Shown here: piece after piece, positions 46,651 through 60,300 of the stretch | How the letters are laid out: every line of letters begins with the position of its first letter | Numbering within the stretch: the stretch's first letter is position 1 | Assembly (NCBI RefSeq): GCF_020085105.1 | Contig: NC_058053.1 | Span: forward strand, 24,413,196 to 24,477,195 | Direction: 5' to 3' | Origin: Siniperca chuatsi | Lineage: Eukaryota | Length of the DNA: 64,000 nucleotides | Notes under the pieces: model-generated | The model's input: the letters and a program-made list of their open reading frames with translations, nothing else | Database searches by the model: none | Told to the model about the DNA's origin: nothing | Position numbers and translations under genes: made by a program

Positions 46651-47142
46651 ACGTCAGTCCAGTCTTCTCTCTGTTCAGTTCTGTGGGTTTTTACATATTG
46701 TTGTAAATAAACTTTCTGCACAATCTGCACTTTGTTTGGAAGCTTTATTATTTCTGATGCATTACTCGACTTTTGACACGTAAACATGACATTTAACTGC
46801 AACACGTCAATAAAACACAACATGGATGACTCACGCTGCTGCTGCTGACACACACTTCACAGGTTCAAAGGTCAAAGCTGTCTAGTGAGTTCTCAAATGT
46901 GCAAAGTGATGAAAAGTAAACAAACATGTCATTTATTAACATTAATAACAGAACTCAGTTGACTCTTTCAGCTCATGTGAATTAGAACAAAACACACCAT
47001 TAAATCTTCTCGTTGTTACACCTTTAATGCTGCAAATATGTTCTTGAAACATGATAAATACACACAGTGACGAAGCCTGTATATGAGCAGCAGAGTCTTT
47101 AATTGCTCGGGATTGTCATCAGAAATATATATATAAACTACG

Positions 47143-48112
47143 GAGGGCCAAGGCACCAGTGACCCCAGTTTCCATCCAGGGGGTCAGTGTGGACATTGTT
47201 GAGGAAGTACCTGGGAGTACACTTAGACAACAAACTGGACTGGGCCAAGAACACTCAAGCTCTGTACAGGAAGGGCCAGAGCCGCTTCTATTTCCTGAGG
47301 AGGCTGAGGTCCTTCAACATCTGCCAGACAATGCTGAGGATGTTTCATGAGTCTGTGGTGGCCAGTGCTGTCCTGTATGCTGTTGCATGCTGGGGCAGCA
47401 GGTTGAGTGTAGCGGACGCCAACAGACTCAACAAACTGATCCGTAAGGCCAGTGACATTGTGGGGGTGGAGCCGGACTCTCTGGCGGTGGTGTCAGAGAG
47501 GAGGATGCTGGCCAAACTACATGCCATCTTGGACAGTGTCTCCCACGCACTCCATGACGTGCTGGTCAAGCAAAGGAGCACCTTCAGCGGAAGACTCATC
47601 CCCCCACAATGCACCACAGAGCGCCACAGGAAGTCATTCCTGCCTGTGGCCATCAAACTCTTTAACTCCTCCCTCTAAGTGTTAGTCTGTATGACCCTAA
47701 GTCACTAAACTGGACATTGATCATTACATCTCTGCAATACTTGAAACAATCGTGCAATATTCTGTGTAATACTCCTGTGCAATATTTAGTTTTTCCTATT
47801 TATTATTCATACCTCCATTACTGCTGTTGCACTACTACTTATTACTTATATTATTACATTGCATTATTATACCATATTATCATCATCAACCGGTAAACCC
47901 ACTTGGTACTGCACACTTATTTTATTTTAGACTTATACCCACCTGGTACTTAATTTATTTTCTGACCTGTTTTTATAGTTTTAGAGTGTATTGTATTATA
48001 TTTTTTTGCTAGTACTTTCTCCTGTGTGCACTGACGTAAAGGCGAGCTGCTGTAACAAAGACTTTCCCTTGGGGGATCAATAAAGTCTTTCTGATTCTGA
48101 TTCTGAAAAAGA
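47143..48112 (+). mobile_element. LINE 3' fragment (RT C-terminal domain, 3'UTR and (TTCTGA)n tail) forming the 3' end of unit A
   Basis: ORF 47187-47678 reads ...YLGVHLDNKLDWAKNTQALYRKGQSRFYFLRRLRSFNICQTMLRMFHESVVASAVLYAVACWGS.... The tail ttctgattctgattctga is at 48090-48107. Confidence 0.75.
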
Positions 48113-48139
48113 GCCAACTGAGTCAATGAACTGTCGCCT

Positions 48140-48368
48140 CAACTCTGGCCAATGGCCTTCTCGGAGATGTCCCGCCCCTTCCAATCACCGCACAGTATTT
48201 GTTCCCGTTAGGCAAAACACACAGCCAATCAGATGGCTGAATTTGTTCCAATTGCGAGAATCAATGTTTTTGGCATCCAATGGGAGAAGCGGATTTGTTC
48301 CAATTTCTCTCAGTGATCCCGCCTCCTGCAAGCGGACTTTTTACTGCCGCAGAGACAGAAGCAAGTCG
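48140..48368 (+). promoter_or_regulatory. CCAAT-dense module S1 (unit B)
   Basis: Duplicate of 41228-41456. The donor is at 48369. Confidence 0.5.
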
Positions 48369-49126
48369 GTGAGTGAAGCATTTGTCAATTATTATGAAGT
48401 ATTGGACGGAAAACATGTTAAAAACTTATAATTCCGTCTGACATTAGTCATACTGAGCTAACCGAGGTGTTTGTATGTTGTGAAATAGTTGAGTGACGGA
48501 TGACACAGCGTAAAGTTAGAGCATTATTAGTTCTTACAATGTCAGACTTTAATTTTACTGTAAGGAATTTATTATATAAACGTTTTTATAAATTGCTTTG
48601 TTTTAGCCAGCTAACGTTCATGCTGTTAAAACCATTTTAAACACTGTACTGCAGGCTGATAGCATGCTAACACACCCACCGCTGTCGGCTGGTCGGTGTG
48701 TTTCATACTGCTTATGTGATTAACAGTCCAGCGGAGCTGAAGGCAGCCGGCATGTTTTATGGGGAAACTAGCAGCTGGTCGAGTGGCTGGTGGATTCCTT
48801 AAGCCTTTCTGTTCCACCAGGAGAGAAAGTGCAGCTCCTCACCTTATGAATATTCAATTAGCCATGCTGCCAGGAAGGTAAACAGAGGCGGAGCCTGCCA
48901 TAGGCAACAAGCGGAGAGAAACAACAGTCAAAAGGTCTCTTTTATTTACAGTTTTTACAATGTACAAAACATCTACTAAGACTCCACACTCTTCTGCAGT
49001 AATTCTGCCTCGGTTAAACTGTTTTAATACCCCCTGAAGCGCTTCTCCAGCTTTGCCACAGCCGGGGATCGAACCGCTGACCGCTGAGCCCCCTCCTCTT
49101 TTTACTCAGTCAATGAACTGTCGCCT

Positions 49127-49355
49127 CAACTCGGCCAATGGCCTTCTGCGGAGATGTCCCGCCCCTTCCAATCACCGCACAGTATCTGTTCCCGTTAGGC
49201 AGAACACACAGCCAATCCGATGGCTCAATTTGTTCCAATTGCGAGAATCAATGTTTTTGGCATCCAATGGGAGAAGCGGATTTGTTCCAATTTCTCTCAG
49301 TGATCCCGCCTCCTGCAAGCGGACTATTTACTGCCGCAGAGACAGAAGCAAGTCG
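49127..49355 (+). promoter_or_regulatory. CCAAT-dense module S2 (unit B)
   Basis: Duplicate of 42215-42443. The donor is at 49356. Confidence 0.5.
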
Positions 49356-49976
49356 GTGAGTGAAGCATTTGCCAATTATTATTAAGTATTGGACGGAAAA
49401 CATGTTAAAAACTTATAATTCTGTCTGGCATTAGTCATAATGAGCTAACCGAGGTGTTTGTATGTTGTGAAATTGTTGCCTGATGGATGACACAGCGTAA
49501 AGTTAGAGCCGGACCAGAGCGTTATTAGTTCTTACAATCTCAGATTTTAATTTTACTGTAAGGAATTTACTATATAAACGTTTTTATAAATTGCTTTGTT
49601 TTAGCCTGCTAACGTTCATGCTGTTTAAACCATTTTAAACACTGTACTGCAGGCTGATAGCATGCTAACACACCCACCGCTGTCGGCTGGTCGGTGTGTT
49701 TCATACTGCTTATGTGATTAACAGTCCAGCGGAGCTGAAGGCAGCCGGCATGTTTTATGGGGAAACTAGCAGCTGGTCGAGTGGCTGGTGGATTTAAAAA
49801 AGTCAATCTAAATATAGATTCTCCTGCTTTACAGAGTAAAAAACGTAAGTTTTAATAAACTAATAACAGTGACATGATGTCATTACTATGTCATTTCTTC
49901 ATAATGTTAGCATTTCCCGTTCCTTTCCCTTTAAAAGGAGGGCCCTAAGGTTTAACTTGTCTTTGTGAACTTGCAG

Positions 49977-52900
49977 GACGCCTTCACCCGCTACTCCTCA
50001 GCGTACCCTGACTTTGTGGAGGCAGTCAGGTTCCACCGGGCGTTTGAGGAGGCCCAGCAGAAGTCCCTCCAGCCCGGTCAGGAGGGACAGGCCCTTGTTG
50101 GCTTCGGGGACTTCAAATTCGAGACCCTGCAGAGCCTGTACGAGTCTGAGGACCCCAAAAAGATCCGGTATGTTGTAACAAAATGTGGATTATAATGTAG
50201 CTGCTGTACTGACCGGCGGTGATAAGAATGAAATGACAAACTGTCTGATTTACTTAGATTTGTCAACTACCTCCGGAGGAAGGCGCCAGCTCCCGACACG
50301 CAGATGGAGAACGCCGTCCGCCACGTCAGGAGCAGAGACAGGCAGAGAGCTGCTGCTGCTGCAACCGCCACCACTACGCTGCCGCAGCCGTTCCAACCAG
50401 CAGCACCACCACCACCACCACAGCTGCAGCCACCGGCAGCAGCACAGCCTCTGTCTCGCCGCAAGCCAGGAGCCGGGAGTGCATCACAGCACGTGTTTTA
50501 TGTTAAAGCGGTCTGAGTTCGAGGAACCTGGAGGACCTTTCTGAAGACATGTCAGTGTTTGTCGTGTTGTTACATTATATATGTTGTGTGTACTTTTGTC
50601 TTGTTACAGGTTTGCGGCCTTCGCCTCTGGGCGGCGTTCTCTGTCTGCGGTGGAGATGCAGGCAAAGATCAAGAAGCCGGTGCTGCCTAAGCCTGCGTCT
50701 CCAGGTGAGTCCAGCCTGAAGTAAACACACAGTTAAACTTCATCGGATTTCTTGTGCTCACATTTTTTGTTTCTTGTCTCTCGTCGGGTGATTACAGCTT
50801 CCTTCAGACCAGCTCCTCCCTCAACACCATCCGAGGAGCCTTCAGATGAAGAGCTGGTCAGGGCGGCAGTTGACGTCGAGCAGTGTAAGTAAAAAGTATT
50901 ACATATTCATGTAACATGTTGTTAATAACAGAAAGACTTGAATTCATGTTTGACTCCCCTTTTTATTTTGCTTCATAAATGTTTCCGTAATCAGAAGGAC
51001 AGGAAATGTCAGGGTAAGTTTGGTTAAATGAAAACCCTGTAGCTTCTGCCTGTCTCTAATCACTAACCCACACGCCGGCCAATCACCTGTCAGAACATCA
51101 CTAACGAGCGCACCCTGCAGAGTCACAGTTTCTTCATCATCCCGTCACCTGCGTAACTCCTCCAGCTGCTGCCTGCTTCCTCAGCGAGTCTAATGTGTTT
51201 CTCATAATTTTGTCTCACCTCGCTTTCTCTCTTGAACCGCCTTCTCTGCTCCTGCGGTGTTCATGCAGCTTGGCTGAGCGTCTGCCCGTCGTTCACTGTT
51301 AACACACAAATCTAATTCTTTCCTGTTACCGAAACATTTTATTTCTCTTTAAGCCCCAGATGTACAGCCCCCTCTCTCGCTCCTGCAGCATCCACCTCCC
51401 GCCACCACCTCAGCAGCGCCACAGAAGGGGGCCGGTGTCTCTGCTGTGCTGGACGAGCCCACAGACGAGGAGCTTCTGGAGGACACACTGGAGCGAGACC
51501 ACCCCCTGCGACCTCCAGCAGCCCTCGTCAAGGTCCAGCCTGCAGAGCCACCAGCTCCCTCACTGCAGCTGCCACCGCCTGCTCCTGCCCCGGAGGAATG
51601 ACGACAGGAGGAGTTGCCCGGGCCAGCCTTCCTCCCTCCCCCGCCACCTGCTGGCAGTGCTGAGGTAAGGCTGTTTGTCTAACAGTAAACTTTACTCATC
51701 CGGCCTCAGATGTCACTGCTGCCCTGAGATATTAAAGGACCCTGCGTGTTCCTCTGGTTCTCTCTCCAGCTGCTGCCCGAGTCCTGGCGGGCAGCTCTCA
51801 CTGTGGAGCAGCAGCAGTGGATCGGTCGGGTGCTGTTTACCAGGGACAGCAGGGGGAGGCCTCGGCTCATCGGTGAGCTGAATCTCTGGTGGTACCCCCC
51901 CAAACCCGGCCGATCTACCACCAGCCTCCCACGTCCCCCGACCCCTTCTTTGCATGTCGGCTGTTCTTCTGGATGCCACACCGGATCTGGCATCTGCAGC
52001 TGACATGCCCCCAGCCTTTGTCATGGACCCTGTGCACAAAGGCTGGGGGAAAGGAGCACTTAACAAATCCTCTGCTTCCTGTTTTTGCTCTGTGACAGGA
52101 GAGCTCATCGGGGTGGAGTTCCTCTACTGGCAGATGGGCAGAGTGCTTGAGGACGTCAGCTTGGACCCTGACACTCCGGACGAGGCTGCTGGCATCCAGT
52201 CGCTCGAGGAGGTGGATGGGGGTATCGAGGAGGACGTTGAGGACCCCACCGTCTTCCAGCCCGATACCCCGTCCACCAGCGCAGCGGCGGCACCCTGGTC
52301 AGGTGATCCAGCTGACGCACCCAGGTCTGAGCCATCCGGTCCGACCGCCCCTGACCAAGATGCCCCTCCCGAGGCCCCTGAGGTTCAAGCTCCTGCTCCC
52401 CAGCAGCCCTCCTCAGACTCTGAGGTAAGTTCACTAAGAAACTACTACTGATGATGATGATGATAATATTGATAATAACAACAATGTTCGTCCCTCTTTC
52501 CTTTTCTTTTCCTCGTTTCTGGTGTTTCCTCTCAGGAGGAGATGCAGGGGTCGTGACGGCCAGCCGGGATATCAGCATGTCCTGAAGCCGGCCCAGGCCC
52601 TGCTGGAAGCACGGAGCCTTCAGGGGCTTTCTGACAGGAGAGTGGACAGACTCATCGCAACGCCTGCCAGAGCAGGACAAACAGAGAGTCGTCTACCCTC
52701 CCAGCCCGAGGTTGATGGCTCAGACCGAAATCCAGCTCTTTGAGCTGAACCAGAGGACCCTGTCCCGATGGTGAGTTTAACAGGCAGCTGTGTCGATGTG
52801 CTGTAATTGGTACTGTGACTGAACGTTTAATAAAAGCTGAAGAGACTAAAAACGGCCTGTTTGTCTTTCAGGTTCTCTCGACGCCAGAAAAGAGAGGGGA

Positions 52901-53560
52901 GGGCTGTGCTGGAGCAGGGAACTGGTGTCGTCCCTGCTCCAGCTGTTGTTGCTCCAGCCTCTCCTCCAGCGAAAGGGCTGTCCTCTGTGCAGGTGGGACA
53001 AGGACAGCCCTTTCACTTTGACGCCCCCGAGGAGCAGCCGGGACTGTCTAATTGGGGTCTGCTTCCTCGCCCTCCCACTCCAGATGAGGAGCTGCCCGGT
53101 CCCTCACATGGTGGCCTTCTCCCTCCTCCTCCAGCACCGCTCCACCCACCGACACCGTCACGTCTGCCCCTGCTGCTCAGCCTCCTCCTCTTCCTGCAGC
53201 CCAGCGTGTGCCCAGGACCACGGCATACAGGAAGAGAAAGGCGGCCCAAGCGGCTGCTGCTGGGGGTCACGCTGCCCGGCAGACGTTACAGTACACCTGC
53301 AGCAAGTGTGGCCAGCCCTAGAGGATCGACACTGGCCACACTCGCATTGCAGGTGTGTCTTACTGTGCGGCTGTCGGAGGGAAAACTGTGGAGGACTGTA
53401 TGGAGGAGATGAAGAGGAGACCAGTAGGGGACAGAGGGGGACTGAGGGACTTTTTAATTATTTTATTTGTTTATTTCATACATTTTATAGGACATTTTTA
53501 CCTGGTTTCCTTTTTTGGTTGGATGTGGAATCATGTGAGTGTTGGTGTCACCTGATGAAC
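49977..53560 (+). pseudogene. Array ORF unit copy B (exons at 49977-50167, 50258-50488, 50610-50704, 50798-50884, 51354-51664, 51770-51872, 52099-52424, 52536-52770 and 52871-53560). Disabling differences relative to copy A are present.
   Basis: Exon 3 has three separate 1-nt deletions and the donor is changed from GT to GC (catcacagCacgtg). Exon 9 has +1 G, producing an early TGA. It shares the exon-6 in-frame TGA (51599-51601). Confidence 0.5.
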
Positions 53561-54050
53561 GTCAGTCCAGTCTTCTCTCTGTTCAGTTCTGTGGGTTTTT
53601 ACATATTGTTGTAAATAAACTTTCTGCACAATCTGCACTTTGTTTGGAAGCTTTATTATTTCTGATGCATTACTCGACTTTTGACACGTAAACATGACAT
53701 TTAACTGCAACACGTCAATAAAACACAACATGGATGACTCACGCTGCTGCTGCTGACACACACTTCACAGGTTCAAAGGTCAAAGCTGTCTAGTGAGTTC
53801 TCAAATGTGCAAAGTGATGAAAAGTAAACAAACATGTCATTTATTAACATTAATAACAGAACTCAGTTGACTCTTTCAGCTCATGTGAATTAGAACAAAA
53901 CACACCATTAAATCTTCTCGTTGTTACACCTTTAATGCTGCAAATATGTTCTTGAAACATGATAAATACACACAGTGACGAAGCCTGTATATGAGCAGCA
54001 GAGTCTTTAATTGCTCGGGATTGTCATCAGAAATATATATATAAACTACG

Positions 54051-55022
54051 GAGGGCCAAGGCACCAGTGACCCCAGTTTCCATCCAGGGGGTCAGTGTGG
54101 ACATTGTTGAGGAAGTACCTGGGAGTACACTTAGACAACAAACTGGACTGGGCCAAGAACACTCAAGCTCTGTACAGGAAGGGCCAGAGCCGCTTCTATT
54201 TCCTGAGGAGGCTGAGGTCCTTCAACATCTGCCAGACAATGCTGAGGATGTTTCATGAGTCTGTGGTGGCCAGTGCTGTCCTGTATGCTGTTGCATGCTG
54301 GGGCAGCAGCAGGTTGAGTGTAGCGGACGCCAACAGACTCAACAAACTGATCCGTAAGGCCAGTGACATTGTGGGGGTGGAGCCGGACTCTCTGGCGGTG
54401 GTGTCAGAGAGGAGGATGCTGGCCAAACTACATGCCATCTTGGACAGTGTCTACCACGCACTCCATGACGTGCTGGTCAAGCAAAGGAGTACCTTCAGCG
54501 GAAGACTCATCCCCCCACAATGCACCACAGAGCGCCACAGGAAGTCATTCCTGCCTGTGGCCATCAAACTCTTTAACTCCTCCCTCTAAGTGTTAGTCTG
54601 TATGACCCTAAGTCACTAAACTGGACATTGATCATTACATCTCTGCAATACTTGAAACAATCGTGCAATATTCTGTGTAATACTCCTGTGCAATATTTAG
54701 TTTTTCCTATTTATTATTCATACCTCCATTACTGCTGTTGCACTACTACTTATTACTTATATTATTACATTGCATTATTATACCATATTATCATCATCAA
54801 CCGGTAAACCCACTTGGTACTGCACACTTATTTTATTTTAGACTTATACCCACCTGGTACTTAATTTATTTTCTGACCTGTTTTATAGTTTTAGAGTGTA
54901 TTGTATTATATTTTTTTGCTAGTACTTTCTCCTGTGTGCACTGACGTAAAGGCGAGCTGCTGTAACAAAGACTTTCCCTTGGGGGATCAATAAAGTCTTT
55001 CTGATTCTGATTCTGAAAAAGA
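54051..55022 (+). mobile_element. LINE 3' fragment forming the 3' end of unit B
   Basis: Duplicate of 47143-48112. Confidence 0.75.
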
Positions 55023-55049
55023 GCCAACTGAGTCAATGAACTGTCGCCT

Positions 55050-55278
55050 CAACTCTGGCCAATGGCCTTCTCGGAGATGTCCCGCCCCTTCCAATCACCG
55101 CACAGTATTTGTTCCCGTTAGGCAAAACACACAGCCAATCAGATGGCTGAATTTGTTCCAATTGCGAGAATCAATGTTTTTGGCATCCAATGGGAGAAGC
55201 GGATTTGTTCCAATTTCTCTCAGTGATCCCGCCTCCTGCAAGCGGACTTTTTACTGCCGCAGAGACAGAAGCAAGTCG
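55050..55278 (+). promoter_or_regulatory. CCAAT-dense module S1 (unit C)
   Basis: Duplicate. The donor is at 55279. Confidence 0.5.
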
Positions 55279-56036
55279 GTGAGTGAAGCATTTGTCAATT
55301 ATTATGAAGTATTGGACGGAAAACATGTTAAAAACTTATAATTCCGTCTGACATTAGTCATACTGAGCTAACCGAGGTGTTTGTATGTTGTGAAATAGTT
55401 GAGTGACGGATGACACAGCGTAAAGTTAGAGCATTATTAGTTCTTACAATGTCAGACTTTAATTTTACTGTAAGGAATTTATTATATAAACGTTTTTATA
55501 AATTGCTTTGTTTTAGCCAGCTAACGTTCATGCTGTTAAAACCATTTTAAACACTGTACTGCAGGCTGATAGCATGCTAACACACCCACCGCTGTCGGCT
55601 GGTCGGTGTGTTTCATACTGCTTATGTGATTAACAGTCCAGCGGAGCTGAAGGCAGCCGGCATGTTTTATGGGGAAACTAGCAGCTGGTCGAGTGGCTGG
55701 TGGATTCCTTAAGCCTTTCTGTTCCACCAGGAGAGAAAGTGCAGCTCCTCACCTTATGAATATTCAATTAGCCATGCTGCCAGGAAGGTAAACAGAGGCG
55801 GAGCCTGCCATAGGCAACAAGCGGAGAGAAACAACAGTCAAAAGGTCTCTTTTATTTACAGTTTTTACAATGTACAAAACATCTACTAAGACTCCACACT
55901 CTTCTGCAGTAATTCTGCCTCGGTTAAACTGTTTTAATACCCCCTGAAGCGCTTCTCCAGCTTTGCCACAGCCGGGGATCGAACCGCTGACCGCTGAGCC
56001 CCCTCCTCTTTTTACTCAGTCAATGAACTGTCGCCT

Positions 56037-56265
56037 CAACTCGGCCAATGGCCTTCTGCGGAGATGTCCCGCCCCTTCCAATCACCGCACAGTATCTGTT
56101 CCCGTTAGGCAGAACACACAGCCAATCCGATGGCTCAATTTGTTCCAATTGCGAGAATCAATGTTTTTGGCATCCAATGGGAGAAGCGGATTTGTTCCAA
56201 TTTCTCTCAGTGATCCCGCCTCCTGCAAGCGGACTTTTTACTGCCGCAGAGACAGAAGCAAGTCG
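56037..56265 (+). promoter_or_regulatory. CCAAT-dense module S2 (unit C)
   Basis: Duplicate. The donor is at 56266. Confidence 0.5.
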
Positions 56266-56887
56266 GTGAGTGAAGCATTTGCCAATTATTATTAAGTATT
56301 GGACGGAAAACATGTTAAAAACTTATAATTCTGTCTGGCATTAGTCATAATGAGCTAACCGAGGTGTTTGTATGTTGTGAAATTGTTGCCTGATGGATGA
56401 CACAGCGTAAAGTTAGAGCCGGACCAGAGCGTTATTAGTTCTTACAATCTCAGATTTTAATTTTACTGTAAGGAATTTACTATATAAACGTTTTTATAAA
56501 TTGCTTTGTTTTAGCCTGCTAACGTTCATGCTGTTTAAACCATTTTAAACACTGTACTGCAGGCTGATAGCATGCTAACACACCCACCGCTGTCGGCTGG
56601 TCGGTGTGTTTCATACTGCTTATGTGATTAACAGTCCAGCGGAGCTGAAGGCAGCCGGCATGTTTTATGGGGAAACTAGCAGCTGGTCGAGTGGCTGGTG
56701 GATTTAAAAAAGTCAATCTAAATATAGATTCTCCTGCTTTACAGAGTAAAAAACGTAAGTTTTAATAAACTAATAACAGTGACATGATGTCATTACTATG
56801 TCATTTCTTCATAATGTTAGCATTTCCCGTTCCTTTCCCTTTAAAAGGAGGGCCCCTAAGGTTTAACTTGTCTTTGTGAACTTGCAG

Positions 56888-57310
56888 GACGCCTTCACCC
56901 GCTACTCCTCAGCGTACCCTGACTTTGTGGAGGCAGTCAGGTTCCACCGGGCGTTTGAGGAGGCCCAGCAGAAGTCCCTCCAGCCCGGTCAGGAGGGACA
57001 GGCCCTTGTTGGCTTCGGGGACTTCAAATTCGAGACCCTGCAGAGCCTGTACGAGTCTGAGGACCCCAAAAAGATCCGGTATGTTGTAACAAAATGTGGA
57101 TTATAATGTAGCTGCTGTACTGACCGGCGGTGATAAGAATGAAATGACAAACTGTCTGATTTACTTAGATTTGTCAACTACCTCCGGAGGAAGGCGCCAG
57201 CTCCCGACACGCAGATGGAGAACGCCGTCCGCTACGTCAGGAGCAGAGACAGGCAGAGAGCTGCTGCTGCTGCAACCGCCACCACTACCGCTGCCGCAGC
57301 CGTTCCAACC
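56888..57310 (+). pseudogene. Array ORF unit copy C (exon 2 at 56888-57078 and the start of exon 3 from 57169), truncated at the junction with the anomalous block
   Basis: Exon 2 is identical to copy B. Exon 3 matches the copy-A variant. The sequence is cut after gccgttccaacc. Confidence 0.5.
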
Positions 57311-60300
57311 ATATTCATAAGATAAGTTAGTTAGCTAAGAAGAAACAGTAGTCAAGTCAGGTATGTTAGTGACAGGAGAGAAACAAAGTTTAGTTTGTCT
57401 ACTTGAATATAACTTTAAAGCATAGCTTTTATGACTAGAATAATTATAACTGTTTAGTACGCTTAACTAAAGTAACTTTAATGTAATTAGAATGTTCAAT
57501 AGCATTGTGGCAATAAATAGACTGTGAATTGTAGTTCAACTTACATCGCTTATGCGTGAATCCTCATGTGCCCATTCCAATCACCTTTGCAGACATGATG
57601 TTCACGTTGCATGCAATCCGCTCCATCAAGAGCATGGATTTTCCGTTGAATACAATGGATCGATGTCTCAATGCGATTGTCAGCAATTCAGACGAATTTG
57701 TCATTCTACGATTTGACATGGCGATGTCGCTATGACCAGATTCAGTTATGCATGAAGATCTGTCTAGAGTTAATTAAATTGACTGAATTTATATAGCAAA
57801 TCAGTAATTTATTTACATTTGAGTATAGTTAACGTGTTGAGTAGTGTTAGTTAACGTAGTTAGATTACTGTACGAAGTTAGATATGTATGAATTACTTGT
57901 AGACTTATCATTTATTTAAGATGCTTTTATGTAAATTAATCATGTTTAAGCATTAAGCTGATGACTAAGTTAAACATGTACAGCTACGCGTCGTGATTCA
58001 CATTGTGTGGTATATAGCAGGACTTATCAGCGAGCTAGCAGCGCTGTTGTGGTAACTGTAATGGCTTGATAACTTAGTCCACTATGATTCAGATGCAGTT
58101 CTACCTGTATATTAGTCCTGAGACAGCGATTCATTCCTGTAGCAGGAAGCACAGGTAGGTATCAGTAGCATGCTCACGTACTAAGCTCAGCCTCTAGTCG
58201 TCAGGTTACTAGTTTTAATACTACTCAGCCAGTAGCCACAACACTACGCTGACAGCTACCCCTTCGATGTTATTCTAACTGCTTGACCACTGGAGACGTT
58301 CGCTCATGACCAGACTTCCTTGACCGATCGAGTTGACCATGCACATGTTTCCAGCTGATGTGCCAATCTTCAGACGCATCGAGCCGACTATCGTAACGCC
58401 GTAAGCAGCACATGCATTTCGTAGAAACTAGCAAGTGCCAAGCATGTAATTACTGTTCCATTAGCACAAGCGAATCAGAGTCATATTGTCGATTGCCATA
58501 TTAATCGTTACAAGTTAGCTGTAAAGCGTTGTTAGTGCTCATGTCATGCAATCATTATAGGTATAGCATTAGTCGCTTCTGCAGTCGCTGAGCATTGACA
58601 GCGTTCAATGTGTAACCTGATGAAATTAAGTCTGAACTTGAGACATTGTCATAGTATCGGGTATGACTAGTTAATAGCCACTAACTATAGTTCTATGAAT
58701 CGATTACAGTATTAAAAGTCAATACTATAGATCTTACTATTAGTTTTAATACTTTCTTTACATGAACTTAGCTTTACTTTCTATATGCTACTGCATTCGA
58801 CATTCCGCTGCAAGGTGCTCGTGCTGTCGTTTGTTACAGCTACTGCGAGGCAGTCAGGTACTAGCGTCTGTGGTTACGGTATTAGAATCCGTCAGACGTG
58901 CTGTAGTCCTGGCTCTATGTCAGGTAAAGAAGTGTTATGAACTATCAAATTAATATGCATTCTACTGTCTCATATAAATAAGTTAGCTAATACGCGTGAT
59001 TTCTAGTTAAAGTCAGCTTACTATTAGTTAACTTTGAAGCAGTTCATACCACCGCTACTTCGCAGTCAGCCGCTCGTAGCAGCGTGTGCTCATCGGCACG
59101 GCCTCTCTGCGGACCACCCAGACAGACACAGGCTGGACGGCCTGTGTCATGACGGTTCAACGGTTAGTGACGCGACGCTGATACTGAGAGCACTAGACGG
59201 GTAGCTTGAGACTGCAATGTGGTCTGACGTGTGTTGGCTCATGTCATGATCGTGTCTCTAGCAGAGTCACTAGCGTCGATACGTAGTCAGGTAACAGTCG
59301 CTAATGACTGCGCCTACGCTGCAGATGTGAAGTACCGACAGTCTCATCGTAGTTCTAAGCCAGTAGATGCGACTTCTTCAACTGCAGCCTCTCACACCAT
59401 CTCCGTTCACGTCAGCACTTGTCAGCCTAGATTACAGCGCAGTCAGCCGCGCAGAAGCTTCGACTGCTGAGACAGGATGACAATTCGTTAGCTTCTCAGT
59501 GTCCTGATACAGTCGTTACTCACTGCTTGCCTGTTCGAGCTGACCAGTAGTTCGTTCGTAATGGGTAACTGCGTATGCATGCCGGACCTGAGCAGTCGGC
59601 GCTGTCGGAATGCTAACGCACCTGTCAAGTCTACTCAACAGCCTCGTCACTAGCTCAAGTCCCATCTACTCCTAGTGACTCAAGTCGCTTCCGATCTGAT
59701 TACGTGTCTTTAAGTGCCTCAGTCCTCCTGAACGCACTGCCTGCCTACAGCTCACGCATGTACACGCTCATGTGCGCGTGACCATTCACTTTAAGCACAA
59801 GAACCTTCCTTATCAGCCTATGACCTGCAGAGTCGCTCCTACGACATGCTCTCGCTCATGGCGATTCAGGCGTAGTTGTTAGCTGAGCGCACTGACGCTC
59901 TGCTGCGAGACCACTGTCAAGCCGTCGACCTGCCAGGCACGTCTCAGCTGACGCCAATCCCGTGACTTCCGCTCTAGCGACATGTAATCTGAGTGAGCTT
60001 CTGCATGCCTGCTCGTCCTCCTGCATCCTCGCACTGGTCATCGTAGCTGGTTCACTGCGTGCTGCGCTCTCGTCTCAGTAAGTCCCTCGTAAGTCCTGTC
60101 TTGTACACCACTGCTAAGCCCTCCTGGTTTCTGGCCTCCTTCAGCCAGCATGCTGCTCCGTAGCACGGACAGGATCGCGGGTTCAGTGCGCGGTACGCTA
60201 CTCCTGCTCCGAGACCGCCTCACCCAGACCACCCTGCCGCCAGCATGCCTTCTGCAGCGCGAGCTCAGGATGCAATGCATGCTGACAGCCCCAGCTGCAA

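Larger units (their letters stand above)
41228..48116 (+). repeat. Tandem segmental unit A (~6.9 kb): two CCAAT-dense promoter/5'-exon modules, a multi-exon ORF-bearing unit and a LINE 3' fragment
   Basis: Unit-to-unit period is 6910-6912 bp (for example ORF 42141 vs 49053 vs 55963, and the LINE tail at 48091 vs 55001). The left edge of homology is at about 41228. Confidence 0.9.
48117..55026 (+). repeat. Tandem segmental unit B (full length)
   Basis: Near-identical to unit A, with scattered indels and SNVs. Confidence 0.9.
55027..57310 (+). repeat. Tandem segmental unit C (truncated in the middle of exon 3 at 57310)
   Basis: Homology to units A and B stops abruptly after ...gccgttccaacc at 57310. 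Confidence 0.9.

Noticed and set aside
41699-56716. Recurring 63-68-aa minus-strand ORFs (MEQEGLRNPPATRPAASFPIKHAGCLQLRW... and MTFLNPPATRP...), each present 3 times
   Set aside because: They recur only because they lie in the duplicated S1/S2 modules of the tandem units. They have no start or splice context and no domain signature, so the conservation is copy identity rather than selection.
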